Assembly (NCBI RefSeq): GCF_000485595.1 | Contig: NW_014577079.1 | Span: 104,366-168,365 of the forward strand | Direction: 5' to 3' | Source of the DNA: Priapulus caudatus | Lineage: Eukaryota | DNA length: 64,000 nt | Part shown: positions 12,536 to 26,542 of the stretch, in pieces | Numbering within the stretch: position 1 is the first letter of the stretch | How the letters are laid out: every line of letters starts with the position of its first letter | Translations under genes and position numbers: made by a program | The notes under the pieces: generated by a model | The model's input: only the letters and a program-made list of their open reading frames with translations | Database searches by the model: none | Told to the model about the DNA's origin: nothing

Positions 12536-14625
12536 NNNNNNNNNNTTAGTCGCCCGATTTAGCCGCCCGATTTAATCGCCTAGTGGGTCCGACCCTTTAC
12601 ATACATACACCCCACATAGGCCTACACACAAGGACAGACACAGAGACACACACACACACACACATGCACACTGTATGGAAGACCCAGTGTTGGGCAGCTT
12701 GGATGGATGCAACCAGCTATTGTAAAATTGTCCATCGCTCCTTGGATTTATTCGTGGAAGCTTATGATGTTGCTTAGTCTCTTGGAAATGCTGGCAATGT
12801 GTCCCATGCAGTTGCTGGAAGTCATCTTGGTGTCAAGGGAAGCTCCAACATATTAATTGGCAGGATATATGCTGACATTATGCAGGTCAAGTTGTCCTGT
12901 GAAACATGTCATTCATGTCAGTTTTTGTCTTCACACCTAGTCGGTGCATGTGACGACCCTGCACTTGCATACAAAGTCCATTACACATATATGCTCTTCT
13001 ACTGCGGTAGTGATTGCATGACTTCTTGCAATCACTGTGAATCGTCTATTCCATCTATTCAGTGATAATAGCAGAAAATTAGTGTCAGTCGGGAGTTAGC
13101 GAAAATGGGGCCGGGTTATTGATGTCATCTTCTATGTGTTTTACGAACGATAGTAACTTCGTGATGTCAATGGATTTAGGTGATGCATCTCCTTCTGACA
13201 CTGCACATTCCTTTTTAGCATATAGATATTGTAACATGGGCACTCCCACTCTATATTGGGTTTCAAGATGGACGAGTGAAAGAAACGAAAGTAGAAGTAT
13301 AAATTTTAATTTACAAATCACAAAGCTCAGATAATACAGATACAAGAGAAAATACTAGGCTGTTTTACCTACTAGGGGGTTTGGGAGACCAGGATAATTG
13401 TGCTTTCAGAGCTCAATGAGGTTAATATTGCCCTGGGTGACAACGACAACATACCATGCACAGCTATTTCATGATTGGCTGCCATTACCAATTATAACTG
13501 ATTGGTCAGTCGGTCAGTCGCCAGGTTATTGATTCCAGCCATGCATTCACTTATGCGGTTAGACATATTTTTGTGTGTTTGCAATGTATGTGAGTTGCAT
13601 GGATGAGTGGAATAAATGAACTTGTCAACGTGCATCAATGTCTTTTCTTCTATCAGTTAAGTCTGGATCTTCATAATCAGCAAGGCACTCAGCTATATCA
13701 CTCTCATTCATCTTTCACATCTAGAGGGATTTTAAGCTGGAACACTCAATAATATGACTTATGCCTTATAACTAATGTCGATTCCCCAGCTTCATTAACC
13801 TGACTGGTATAACTTAAATAAACTTTTGCATTCACAAAAAAACATGCAGGCTTTCACACGATGAGCAAATGTTATCCAACAGCTGTACAACATTCAGTGA
13901 TAATATTGGTAGCCTGCCAAATGGATGAATTATCCTTCTCCAAATTACCATACCAGTTTCTAGGTAATTTCAGAAAACTTCTTCAAACCCACACTCCCAC
14001 ATCCATGTAACATGTTAGGTCGGTTCAGGCTGAAGCCTGTTACAGCTTCCTAACACTGGAGCTCATGTAATGTGCTTGTGTGTTTGAAAATCACTAAAGC
14101 AAAACGAGCAAACTATATCAATGACATCATCTTACAATTATGGCAAAACTAACATAAACTCATTAAATATTGTAATCCATAATATAACATCATATAAGAA
14201 TAATATATATAATTATCATAATAATATTTTTTGTATAATCATCTGTAATTAAAAAATGATTAAACAACCAGAAGAAAAATTACTAATTAAAATTAAAGGA
14301 ATACAATGATAACAAAATATAGCAAAATGTCATGAAAAATTCGTGCATGATTGAAAATTAATTTCTAGAAAACTAGAAAATAAATAAATTTAGAGTTAAA
14401 CAGTTATACATTAAGCGAAACGAACATGAAATCAGCACCTGCATGTAGGATGTGCATTGCTAAGATGTGCATATTTCGCTATTTAGTGAGTCTAGAATAC
14501 TTAACGTCGTACATATAGGTTTAGTGTTACCAGTAGTAAATAACTTCTGTGAGATTATTTACTCCTTGATTTATATTAATGTGCTTATTAAAGTAGTCTT
14601 GTATTTTTCACAATAATATCAGAGG

Positions 14626-14929
14626 CAGTGTTTCCCCTGGCCAAAATGGTCTGTGAGGGTACGTGGTATTTTCTGGGTGTGTTTGCGGATTTTGAGGTCC
14701 TAGCTCACAAAGCGAGCATGGCAGGTGCTCGCCCATGCATGCATTACCCGCTTAATTAGAATGCATTACAGTGCCTAATTAGAATGCATCAAAATAGCTA
14801 TTTTGATGCATTCTAATTAATCACTGTGATTTTCGTCAGCGAGGCAGTGTTTTGGACAAATTTCTGTGTGGTGGCTGAGAATTTGAGTGAGGCGGCACGC
14901 CTCACTCGCGTCAATGCAGGGGAACACTG
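14626..14929. mobile_element. MITE with CAGTGTT(T)CCCCT TIRs
   Basis: CAGTGTTTCCCCTG...CAGGGGAACACTG. Related inverted copy at about 17498-17812. Confidence 0.55.
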
Positions 14930-15654
14930 AGAGGAATTATGATATATGTACTGTGATTTAATCAAAATGACATCCCCTTTCACTTTTTATGTATCTTATT
15001 ACAGGTTTGCCATGATCAGGAAATGGATGAGCAGCTAACTGGTTTCCTGATACCCACTGTTACTGTACTGGATCGTGTTGGCCCTTGTATAGGGTATGAA
15101 ACAAACTATTTTATTAGTGCTATTGATCTTTTAGCAGGGTTGTTTGCATTCTGCCAGACCTCAACGTGAATGTTGCGGTGTGTCCGCATATAATAATTGC
15201 GTGATAAGCAGCGCTACATGTGGTACCTGGTTACGGCTCGATATCCGCAGTTGCCATGGCACTAGCATATTACGATCTCTGCTTATCTACGATAAGTTAG
15301 AGGGATGCGAGATGGCTTAAATGCGGGTAATGTAGGTTCGCTTTGGTAATCATTACAGTGTATATATAATTCCCGTGTATCCGTGAATTCTTCTGTGGTG
15401 GTAATTCTCTACTGTCGAGCCATGTAGCTGCTATAATAGCAGAATAATTTAATTGCCTCGTACACAGGTGAGTTTATGTGATACATACAGCCATGATGAC
15501 ATTTCCAAGTGGCTAAACTGTGCAGACATATTTAATGTATCCGGTTACGGTATGTGAATGTGCCACAGAACTGTTTACGTAGCCGGGTGGGATTGCCAAC
15601 TGAAGACCTATTGCTTGTTGTGCATGGCAACACTAATTAATTTAATAATAACAT

Positions 15655-15734
15655 CAGGACTGAATAATAATAGATCTATATAATATATACATATATCTAT
15701 AGATCTAATAATAATATATTATTATTCAGTCCTG
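15655..15734. mobile_element. Tiny palindromic MITE with 7-bp TSD
   Basis: CAGGACTGAATAATAATA...TATTATTATTCAGTCCTG flanked by ATAACAT on both sides. Confidence 0.65.
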
Positions 15735-18498
15735 ATAACATATACAGGGAATAATTTTACCGGTATCGCATCGCAATTCGCGATGTATTTTCAGCCATTT
15801 GCTACGCATATTTTTTTATGAATCGCAGTTGTGCGATGCAGCCCATGCGAGATGTAAACGGAAACATACATGTTTACAATTTACTTTTATTCTCGGGCTG
15901 CTTTGCCCCGTCAATGAAATGCCACGTTANNNNNNNNNNNNNNNNNNNNNNNNNNNNNNNNNNNNNNNNNNNNNNNNNNNNNNNNNNNNNNNNNNNNNNN
16001 NNNNNNNNNNNNNNNNNNNNNNNNNNNNNNNNNNNNNNNNNNNNNNNNNNNNNNNNNNNNNNNNNNNNNNNNNNNNNNNNNNNNNNNNNNNNNNNNNNNN
16101 NNNNNNNNNNNNNNNNNNNNNNNNNNNNNNNNNNNNNNNNNNNNNNNNNNNNNNNNNNNNNNNNNNNNNNNNNNNNNNNNNNNNNNNNNNNNNNNNNNNN
16201 NNNNNNNNNNNNNNNNNNNNNNNNNNNNNNNNNNNNNNNNNNNNNNNNNNNNNNNNNNNNNNNNNNNNNNNNNNNNNNNNNNNNNNNNNNNNNNNNNNNN
16301 NNNNNNNNNNNNNNNNNNNNNNNNNNNNNNNNNNNNNNNNNNNNNNNNNNNNNNNNNNNNNNNNNNNNNNNNNNNNNNNNNNNNNNNNNNNNNNNNNNNN
16401 NNNNNNNNNNNNNNNNNNNNNNNNNNNNNNNNNNNNNNNNNNNNNNNNNNNNNNNNNNNNNNNNNNNNNNNNNNNNNNNNNNNNNNNNNNNNNNNNNNNN
16501 NNNNNNNNNNNNNNNNNNNNNNNNNNNNNNNNNNNNNNNNNNNNNNNNNNNNNNNNNNNNNNNNNNNNNNNNNNNNNNNNNNNNNNNNNNNNNNGCTATT
16601 TGGATCCAAACTGACGGAGCCTTTCATTAACATACATACAACATTCGCCAAATTATAGTAAGATGTAACGTGGGGAAAAGACAGTTTGCACTTGACCCAC
16701 CAGCAATGCTATGATTTCTATCGCACAGGCGTGGTTATCTTTCTCAGACAAATGCGAATTTCTGTGCAGTCTAAAGCTGTACTTAATGATCACGTACACT
16801 ACTGGTTTGTACTTCATGTGAGGTATCTGTTGAGTAAACCATGCAACCATCCACATCTTTTTCTTGCCAATATCGTGGAGGCATCATGTTCTCTATTTTG
16901 CAGGTCACTATTGATAAACATTAGTAGAACAGCATGGACACATGTATAGGTTATTCAGTGGAGTTAGCGCAATGCCATGCTTTCCCTAATCCTACCTTTA
17001 GATATATACAAGCATACAGGTGAGTAAAATAACTCAAAATAAAATTTGTTTATTTACGAGGCACTGCATGTGTGTGTTCACGTACATGCTTCAAGCCCTC
17101 CATTTCTATCTAATTCCATGCATTATATTAGTTTTTGGTTATTAGTTTTGGTTATTTAACACATATCCCTAAAATCCTTTTAATGCTTTCGGTAAACTAT
17201 TTACTCAGTTAGTTTTTTATTGTCAAAATGTCAGTGCTGCCACTTTATACTTTTTAAACTTTTATATATACTTTTTTAAATATACTTTTTTCATACTTTT
17301 TTTATGCATAAATACTTTTAATACTTTTTATTGCCAAAGATGGTCAAAACTCTTCGGACTTACATTTAGGTACACTGTATTTGATGAGATTAAAGATGTG
17401 CTTTGCTAGTCTTGTTGCAGGAGTGATGTGTGCTCTGTTCAGTGGAGTGTTTTTGCTCTCAGCTCTCTGCCGTCAGTGACCAAATGACAGACCATTGCAG
17501 TGTTTCCCCTGCATTGACACGAGCGAGGGGGCCGCATTGCTCAAATTCTCAATCGCCACACAGAAATTTGTCCAAAACACCGCTTCACTGACGAAACTTT
17601 TGATAACTTGAAAAAGAGAATCAAGAGTCATACAATGTGTCCAGAATAGCTTAGAATGCACCAAATTGCACCATTTTTTCAAAAGATTTCTGGACCCCCC
17701 TAGCAGGCCAAGCACATGCACTGCTCACTGTGCTAGGACCTCGCAACACACAAACACACCACACAAAAATTTTGCACCTTACAGACCTTTCTGGCCAAGG
17801 GAAACGGCATTGAAATATTCCAAACTGAGAATTCAAGAGATAACTCCTCATGACATTGCACACATCATTCCTGAAGCTTGTTTACATGCTGCACAGGCTA
17901 TAATGTATTCGGTAATAAGGTATAAGGTAACAAATCTCAGTAGGTTGATACAAATTTATACTTTTAGAGGCAATTTTGATATTTTTTTCTGGACAAATAT
18001 TTTACTTTTTTTGTAATAACCTGAGTGGCAGCACTGAAATGTGTGTGTTAGATAGTGGTGAGGCTATAGTATAACTGAGAAATAGTGTTGGCAGATTTGT
18101 CCAAAACCTTGATTATGTATTGTGATCATATATAATGTTATTTCCATTGGAATGTGCATGCCCACATTCCATCTCCACAGATCCACAGGTATCGGCTAGT
18201 TGCCAAATGTCCACAATAACTCTATACAATATAATGCTTTGTCATAGCAGTATGCAGAGGGGTGTTCACTGTTCACCCTCCCGCACGATGGAGATTTTGC
18301 AATTATTACACTAAAATGGAGCGACCTGAGGTGAAATTCTTGCAAATTTTCATAAATTATTATTTTTTGCTTGTGGGGGTGGTTCGTTCGAACCCCCCGA
18401 ACCCCCCCTGGCTACGGGCCTGCTACTAGTACTAGAGCTAACTTACTGTAGACTCTAGACTGTAGTGTAGTGGTGAATGATTGGTTATTATGTTGGCC

Positions 18499-18802
18499 GT
18501 GGCTGTTGTTACGGCCAGTCGTGAGAATTATTTATGGACTAGCTATTCTTACGCCATGCAACGCGCATGCGCATAATAGTCTATATAGTAATATAATGCT
18601 AGTTTAGGGAGTAGCCTACGCCTACTCCCTAACCCTAACCATAACACTAACTATAAACCGACTCAATTTCCTTATATACGTATTATATCTTACAAAAACA
18701 ATCTATGGTGTATAACGACATACGCAACGCATGCGCATGCGCGTTGCATGTCGTAAGAATAGTCCATAAATAATTCTTACGACTGGTCGTAAGAATAGCC
18801 AC
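18499..18802. mobile_element. MITE with ~75-bp TIRs and an internal CCCTAA-like tract
   Basis: GTGGCTGTTGTTACGGCCAGTCG...GCGCATGCGCAT is mirrored at about 18730-18802. CCCTAACCCTAACCATAAC lies in the middle. Confidence 0.65.
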
Positions 18803-18863
18803 TTCCTATTAGGCCACTGAATTAGCTCAGAGTGGATACCAGTTGTGTATTATGTTTGCTATT

Positions 18864-19172
18864 AAAGTTAAATCCTTCCCGCGCCTTCATACGCATAGTG
18901 CATAGCTACATCATGGCGTATAGGGCGGTGCCTATCTCCGTTTCAGTAACCCTGAGGCTCCGCAGCTGCTTTCACAGTAAATAATACAGTAGGGGGTTAG
19001 TCCACTGGTAGCACTGCGAGTTAACTTGTCACACTCTATCTCTATTTGCTGAATGCTAAGCAGAAAAGCCGTGTGTATCATTTTTCAAGTCTTTGGTATG
19101 ACCCGGCCGGGAGTTGAACCCCCGACCTTCCACATACGAGGCGAGCACTCAACCATTGAGCCATCGCAGTGG
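18864..19172 (-). mobile_element. tRNA-derived SINE
   Basis: Minus strand begins CCACTGCGATGGCTCAATGG (A box) ... GGTTCAACTCC (B box), followed by a non-tRNA body GGGTCATACCAAAGACTT... Confidence 0.7.
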
Positions 19173-19238
19173 TATTATTATGTTTGCTATAGAACAGTAT
19201 TATTTTCTAGTTTGGAAGTCAGAATATTATTATATTAT

Positions 19239-19545
19239 TGTATCCCCCGCGACGAAGTCGGCGGGGATACTATAGTTTCATGTCTGTCCAGCCGCCGCCG
19301 CCGCCGCCGCAGACACTTTCCCTTCTGTTCTATAACTCGACCCCTAATTGACCCAGCGTGACCAAACATGGTCTACTTACACATCTTGGGGAGAAGGTGC
19401 GCAGCGTACCAAAAACCAGGTCACTACGACCTTTATTTGACCTTTACCTTGACATTGATCATATTTCCTTTCCGCTCTATAACTCAGCCCCTAATTGACC
19501 TAGCGCGACCAAATTTCGTATACTTACACATCTTGGGGAGAATGC
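19239..19545 (+). mobile_element. HINE-like element, family A, second copy
   Basis: Highly similar to 8677-9010 (same hairpin, CCG run and cores). Confidence 0.6.
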
Positions 19546-20425
19546 CCTTTCTAGTTATTATTTGTATTCACTGATTTTGTGAGCTTGTATATATATACGT
19601 TATTGACGTTTTTAATGCCTGCATATATGTTTTGGGTAAAATACTGGATCCGCCAGCGGCCTTTTTGCGACGCCATCTTGCACGTGTAGAACTTGCCATG
19701 TTGTATTATGACTAGCACATATTTCACTAATCTAACGCCTCGGCCTGCGGTTCTTCTTTTGCGCCTAAATAAAGATGTGCGGACCCAGAATAGATGTTGT
19801 CGGCTTTGTGTTTTGGACCATGTGCATCTTACATGGTGTCAGAAGTGGGATATCGTTAGGGTTCGGGCAGCGACCGCCATAATTAAAGTAACGTTACATA
19901 ATTGGAATGTACGACTCTGATTAATTAACGCAATCGTTAGTTTTAAACTCCCCCTCCAAAAAAAGTTATACAAATCAATTGTACGCGCTTTGATTCGATT
20001 TCAACGATAGGATGACCAGCAGTGCAATCAGGAATGCTGCACACACTGCCCGCTAGTGCAAACGTAGTGAGAATTCCGTACCGTGTTAGCGAATGGCGCA
20101 GACTAAGTGGTTTAGGCTCTACAGGGGCATAACGATCGAGATTAATATTTTCACAGTTTTAGCTTCATAGTCTTCACGTGTTTAAATTCGGCTGCTGCGT
20201 GGATTTGATTGAGAGCTATTTTTGAATACATACGTCATCAGTGCGTGCTACAGATGGAAGGCTTGCAAATATTTAGTCGTCTACACGACGAGGATTAGAC
20301 AATTTGTCTCATCATTACCCAACTCTTACAATACGCTCTATAATAATTATTGGTCTAATAAAATAACAAATCTAAATAGAATTATAGTACTGTGTCATAT
20401 NNNNNNNNNNNNNNNNNNNNNNNNN

Positions 20426-23400
20426 TTAGGTCGTTCAGCTGAAGCCTGTTACAGCTTCGTTATAACACGGGAGCTCATTAATGTGCTTGTGTGTTTGAAA
20501 ATCACTAGAAGCAAAGACGAGCAAACTATATCAATGGACTCATCTTACCAATTATGGCAAAACTAACATAAACTCATTAAATATTGTAATCCATAACTAG
20601 AACTCAATATAAGAATAAGTTATATAATTATCATTAACTATATTTTTGTTGTGATATATCTGTAATAAAAAATGAAGTTAAACAACAGAAGAAAGAATTA
20701 GTAACGTTAAATCTAAAGGAATACATGATAGAACAAAATATAGCAAAATGTCATGAAAAATTTGTGTGTGATGAAATTAAGTTTCTAGAAAACGAGAAAA
20801 AATAAATAAATTTAGAGTTAGAACAGTCTATACAGTTTATAAGCGATAACGAACATGAAATCAGGCACCTGCATGTAGGATGTGCAATTGCTAAAGATGT
20901 GAACATATGTTCGCCTGATTTGAGTGAGTCTAGAATACTTTAACGTTGTACATATAGGTTTAGTTTACCCAGTAGGAAATAACTTGTGAAGATTATTTAC
21001 ATCCATTGATTGTATATTAATGTGCTTATTAAAGTAAGGTCTTGCTAATTTTTCACAATGAATATCAGAGCAGTGTTTCTCCTGGCCAATGGTCTGTTGA
21101 GGGTACTTGGTATTTCGGAGTGTCTTTGTCGGATTTTGGGTCCGAGCTCACAAAGCGGCATGGGCAGGTGTCGCCCATGCATGCGTTTACGCTTAATTTA
21201 GAATGCCATTACAGTGCGTTAGATTAGAATGATCATCAAAATACTATTGTTGATGCATTGCTAATTGAATCACTGCTGAGTTTTCGTCAGCGATAGGCAG
21301 TTTGTTGGAGCAAAATTTCTGTGTGGTGAGCTGCAGAATTGTGAGTGAGGGCGGACACCGGCCTCACGCGCCGTCAATGCAGGGGCAACACTGGAGAGAG
21401 GTTATGATATATGTTACTGTAATTGTAATCAAATGACAGTCCCCTTTCACTTTTTATGTATCTTATTACAGGCGTTTGCCATATCAGAAATGGATGAGCA
21501 GCTAACTGGTTTCCTGATACCCACTGTTACTTGTACTGGATCTGTGGCCATGTAATCGGTATGAAACAAACTATAATTTAATTGTGCTATTTGATCTTGT
21601 AGCAGTGTTGTTTTCATTCTGCCAGACCTCAACGGTGATGTTGCGGTTTGTCCGCATATAATAATTGCGTTATAAGCAAGCGCTGATGTTACCTGGTTAC
21701 GGCTCGATATCGCAGTTGGCCATGGCACTAGCATATCACGGATCTCTGCTTATCTACGATAGGTGAGCGGGCGATGCGAGATGGCTTAAATGCGGGTAAT
21801 GTAGCGTTCCGCTTTGGTAGTCATTACAGTGCTATATATAATGCCGTGTATCCGTGGAATTCTTCGTGGTGGTAATTCGTCTACTGTCGAGCCATGTAGC
21901 TGCTATAATGCCACGAATAATTAATTGCCTAGCTCGTATACACAGGTGAGTTTATGTGATACATACAGCCATGATGTTGACATTCAAGTGGGCTAAACTG
22001 TGCAGACATATTCAATGTATCCGGTTACGGGTATCGTGGAAGTCACAGCAACTGGTTTACGTAGGCCGGGTGGATTGCCAACTGAAGACCTATTGTTTTG
22101 TGCATGGCCAGAACACTAATTAATTTAATAATAACATCAGGACTGAATATAATAGATCTATTATAATAGTATACAATTATATAGATCTAATAATAATATA
22201 ATATTATTCAGTCCTGATAACATGCAATCAATATGTAGGAACGAAAACGTTGAACTAGCTGTTTTCTTATTTGTGTCTAGACTGGTGATGTGTTCAGACT
22301 AATGGTTGATTGATTGATAAGCACATTCGATAGATATTGGTATATCATAATGGTATGTTTCCATATTCCCCAAATTATTGAAGCTGTGTTTGGTTCACCA
22401 GCATAGAAAAAATATGAATCTATAAATTTTATGAAATATATAGAATTAGCCACATTGATCAGTTTCTGTCTTATGTGGTGTATTGTAGCCTACATAAATC
22501 CAGACATTTGCGTTTAGTGCATGCTGCACATGCATGGCAAACTCAAATGAATTCAAATACAACTGCAGTAGCAGTCAGCTAAATTTATTGTCACCACTTC
22601 TACGTTTGATTGCCACCTCTGCATGCGTGATTGACAGGAAGCTTTAGCAAATTATTGTTGTAGTAGAACGTTCCTAAAGACATTGATTGGCAATGAAGTG
22701 CCGCAAACTTGCAGTTTTTGCATACATGTAACCAAGAGTAGATAAATAACATCTTTTATTACGTTATTTATCTACTCTTGATGTAACGTGGGGAAAAGAC
22801 AGTTTGCACTTGACTCACCAGCAATGCTATGATTTCTATCGCACAGGCGTGTTTATTCTTCTCAGAACTAATGCTTTAATGGGGAATTGCTGGTGCAGTC
22901 TTAAAAGCGTCTGTGGGTACTTTAATTGGATACACGTTAGCACTTAGCTGGTGTTGACTTGTGTGAGTGGTTATGTCTGTTGAAGTTAAACACTTCAACC
23001 ATTGCAAGTCTTTTATTTTTCCTCTGCGAGTTTATCTGGGCATTCATGTTCTCTTATTTTGGCAGGTCGATATTGATAAACGGCATAGTAGAAGCAGGAT
23101 GGACACTGTTATAGGTTTATTTCATGTGGGAGTTGTAGCGCAATGCTCGGTGCTTTCCCTATCGCTACCCCTTAGTATATACTAAGCATACAGGTGAGTA
23201 GAAATTAACTCAAAATTAAAATTGTTTATTTACGAGCACTATGTGTGTGTTTCACTCACATGGCTGTCGAAGTCCCTCCATTCTTCTAGTTCTTAATTCC
23301 TAATCATTAGTAGTGTAGTTTTGGTTATTAGTTTGTTATTTTAAATGCACATATCCTGAAGATATTCTCTTTTTTAATGCTTTCGGTAGAACTGATTTAC

Positions 23401-24560
23401 TCGTAGTTTTTTATTGTCAAAATGTCCCAGTGCTGCCATATGCACGTAGTTATACTTTTTAATACTTTAGTATAGTATTACTTGTTTTAATATACGTTTT
23501 TCATAGCTTTTTCATTGCTATGAAATAACTTTTTAATACTTTTATGTGCCATTACTCTTTAAGAGAGGACATGTATTTGATTGGAAGAATATAAAGATGA
23601 CTGCATTTGGCATAAGTCTATGTTGTTGATGTGTCTCTGTTCAGTGGAGTGTTCTTCCGCTCTCAGCTCTCGTGCCGTCAGTGACAAATGAGTCTCATGG
23701 ACCATCTTCAGTGCTGTTGCCCGTGCCATTGGACTGTAGCCGAGCGAGGCCGCACGAGTTTGCTCAAGATTCGTCAATCGCCACACGAGAAATTTGTCCT
23801 AAAACACCGCTTTCACTGATCCGATATACTGTATAACTTTGATAAAAGGAGGGGATTCAAGAGTCATACAAGTTGTGTCCAGAATAGTTAGAATGCACCA
23901 AATTGCCCACCATTTTTTCAAAAGAGTTGTTCGTGGATATCCTTCGCCGCTAGCTATGGCCAGGAAGCACTATTGCACTGCCTCACTGTGTCTAGGATGG
24001 CCTCGCCAAACACCACAAACTACACCACAGCAAAATTTTGCCACCGTTACAGACACTTCAGGCCAGGGAAACTGGCATTGAATATTCCAAACGTGAGAAT
24101 TCAAGACGATAATTTCCTGCATGACATTGCCACATCCATGTCCTGGAAGCTTTTTTTTTGTTTTTTTTCTTCTTTACAATTTGCTGCCCACAGGCTATAA
24201 TGTATGTCCGGTAATAAGGTATAAGTTACACAAATCTTAGTAGGCCGGGTGCTGATACAAATTTAACTTTTATAGGCAATTTGATATTTTTTATTCTTTT
24301 TTTCGGTAATAAACCTGAGTGGCAGCACTGAAATGAAAATTATGTGGGTTTTTTTTTTAGAGTATAACTGAGAAATAGTGTTGGCAGGATTTGTCAAACC
24401 TTGATTATGTATTGTGTCATTATAATTAGATAGTGTTTTATTTCCATTGGAATGTGCATGCCCGACATTCCATTCCCAATCCACAGGTACGGCTGTTGCA
24501 AAATGTTCCAGAATAACTCTATGACAATATAATGCTTTGTCATAGGCAGTATGCAGGCTG
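20426..24560 (+). repeat. Indel-rich second copy of about 14015-15745 and 16662-18260 (probable assembly duplication)
   Basis: Colinear with the first copy, starts right after an N-gap, and differs mainly by scattered 1-2 nt indels. Confidence 0.8.
22733..22780. mobile_element. Tiny palindromic MITE with 7-bp TSD
   Basis: CAAGAGTAGATAAATAAC...GTTATTTATCTACTCTTG flanked by ATGTAAC on both sides. Confidence 0.65.
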
Positions 24561-24564
24561 TCTT

Positions 24565-26030
24565 CCGTTTCGCCTGTTCCCACTTCGCCATTTCCCATTT
24601 CGCCATTTCCCCATTTCGCCAGTTGCCATTTTCGCCAGTTGTCCCACTTCGCCATTTCCCATTTCGCCATTTTCCCTTTCTGAAGCGGGGGGGGGCACCG
24701 TGGCCCCCCTTGCGGCCATTTTGCCATTTCGCCATTTTCCCACTTGCAGTTTCCATTTCGCCAATGTTATGTTGCTTCCACCCCCTGCACGAAATTATCC
24801 TTCCATTCTTAAATAAGAGTCATTTTCGAGGGTTAGGTTAGGGTTTAGGGTTGAGGCTAGGGTTAGGTGTAGGTTGAGGGCTAGCGGTTAGGGAGTTATG
24901 GGTTAGGGGTTAGGTGTTAGGGTGCCTTACATGATCCGAGTGTATGTTTGATATGTTACGATATTGCTCTTCTTGTTCTTCAAATAAACTAGTTTTGCGT
25001 TCTCATAGTCTGATAAGTCGGGGTACAATTTTATTCATTACAAGGGCCTACTTGAACCCACCGGAACAAGGGGTGGTCGGGGAGATAGTACGAATAATGT
25101 GCGGAATGGAAACTGGCGGAAAACCGGAAAAGCTGGCGAATGGGAAGACTGGGCGAAGGGGAAACTGCGAAATGTGTGGAAAATGCGAAGGTGGCGAAAT
25201 GGCGAGAATGGGGGTTGAAATGGCGAGAAGATGGAATGATGGCGACAATGGTTTTAATGGCGAAAATGGGAAATGGCCGACAGTGAGGCAAATATGGGCG
25301 AAACGGAATAAACCGCTTATGCGAGCATCAATATTTGTTTCTACTTGCAACCGGCCGATTGTCTTCCCATTCGCCAGTTTTCTCTCAGCGTGGTCGGCTA
25401 TTTTTTTCCGATGTTTGCGTCGTGATTGCGCCATTGTTACCAGTGCTTCTCTATTTTCCCATGTTCGCCATGTTTCCACCGTTTCCCATTTCGCCATTTT
25501 CCCATGGTTTCGCATTTTCAGCCCTTTTGCCTGCCAGTTTCCCATTTCGTCAATATTTTATGTTGCTTCCACCCCCTGCACGAAATTGATCCTTTCATTC
25601 TTAAAAAAGAGTCATTTCTAGGTCGTTAGGGTTAGGGTTAGGGTTAGGGTTATGGTTAGGGTGCCTGTATATGATCCATATGTTTTGATATGTACGATTT
25701 CGCCTTCTTGTTCTTCAAATAAATAGTTGACTCTATATCTAAAGATTCGTTATAATTTATTTATTATACAGAGGCCTACTTTTAAACCACCTCGAACAAG
25801 GCGGGGGTGGTCGGGGAGATAGGACGAAATTGCGGAATGGGAAACTGGCGAAACGGGAAACTGGCGAAATGGGAAACTGGCGAAACGGGAAACTGGCGAA
25901 GTGGGAAACTGGCAAAATGGGAAAATGGCGAAGTGGGAAATGGCGAAACGGGAAATGGCGAAGTGGGAATTTTTCAATGGTGAAATGGCAAATGGCGAAG
26001 TGGGAAATGGCGAAATGGGAATAAACCCTT
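24565..26030. mobile_element. Foldback-like element(s): (TTCGCCATTTCCC)n arms enclosing TTAGGG tracts
   Basis: Left arms of TTCGCCATTTCCC repeats, right arms of GGGAAATGGCGAA repeats, internal GGGTTA runs at about 24830-24925 and 25625-25662. Present as two tandem copies. Confidence 0.6.
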
Positions 26031-26542
26031 AGTAGCAGTGCGAAAGATAGCGGTCATGCGATTGATGCAGCTCTCAGTTCGTTGTTGTTTCGTCGTACAG
26101 TGCAACATAAATTGACTCGAGACTTGATAGGTTTTTATCCTAGATGTGACGTATTCTAGCCTACACGAATCAAGACATTTGCATTTAGTGCTGCACATGG
26201 CATCAGGGTATTAGCCAGGAAAAAAAGGGAACCTCCCCATCTGAGAGAAGCGAGAATGTTGCGCGCGCGAAGTGCCCTAGGTGAAGGGCCTTACCTTAAA
26301 ATGGAGGAAATTTAGTCTGAAATGCCAAAATGGCAGGAATCTGATATGGTTTTATATTCTTATAAGCACTGTTGTCAGTTATGTCGTCTCTATCAAATTT
26401 CATACGTCTCATCCAAGAATAGGCCGTCCAAAAGACGGGTAGACGGGTCTCTGGCTAACACGCTGCATGGCATTGACTCGAGCCTTTATCCTCGCAGTGA
26501 AAGCCCGGCGGACAGCAGACCTGTGATCGGCGCAGGTCGACC

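Noticed and set aside
12700..13345. Possible decayed coding sequence
   Set aside because: Only short ORFs, interrupted by stops, and no identifiable family motif.
15799..16651. Long ORFs containing X runs (also 34453-35023 and 52963-54336)
   Set aside because: Produced by N-gaps and satellite sequence.
19090..19172. Possible tRNA gene on the minus strand
   Set aside because: A and B boxes are present, but the sequence continues into a SINE body with no convincing acceptor stem.
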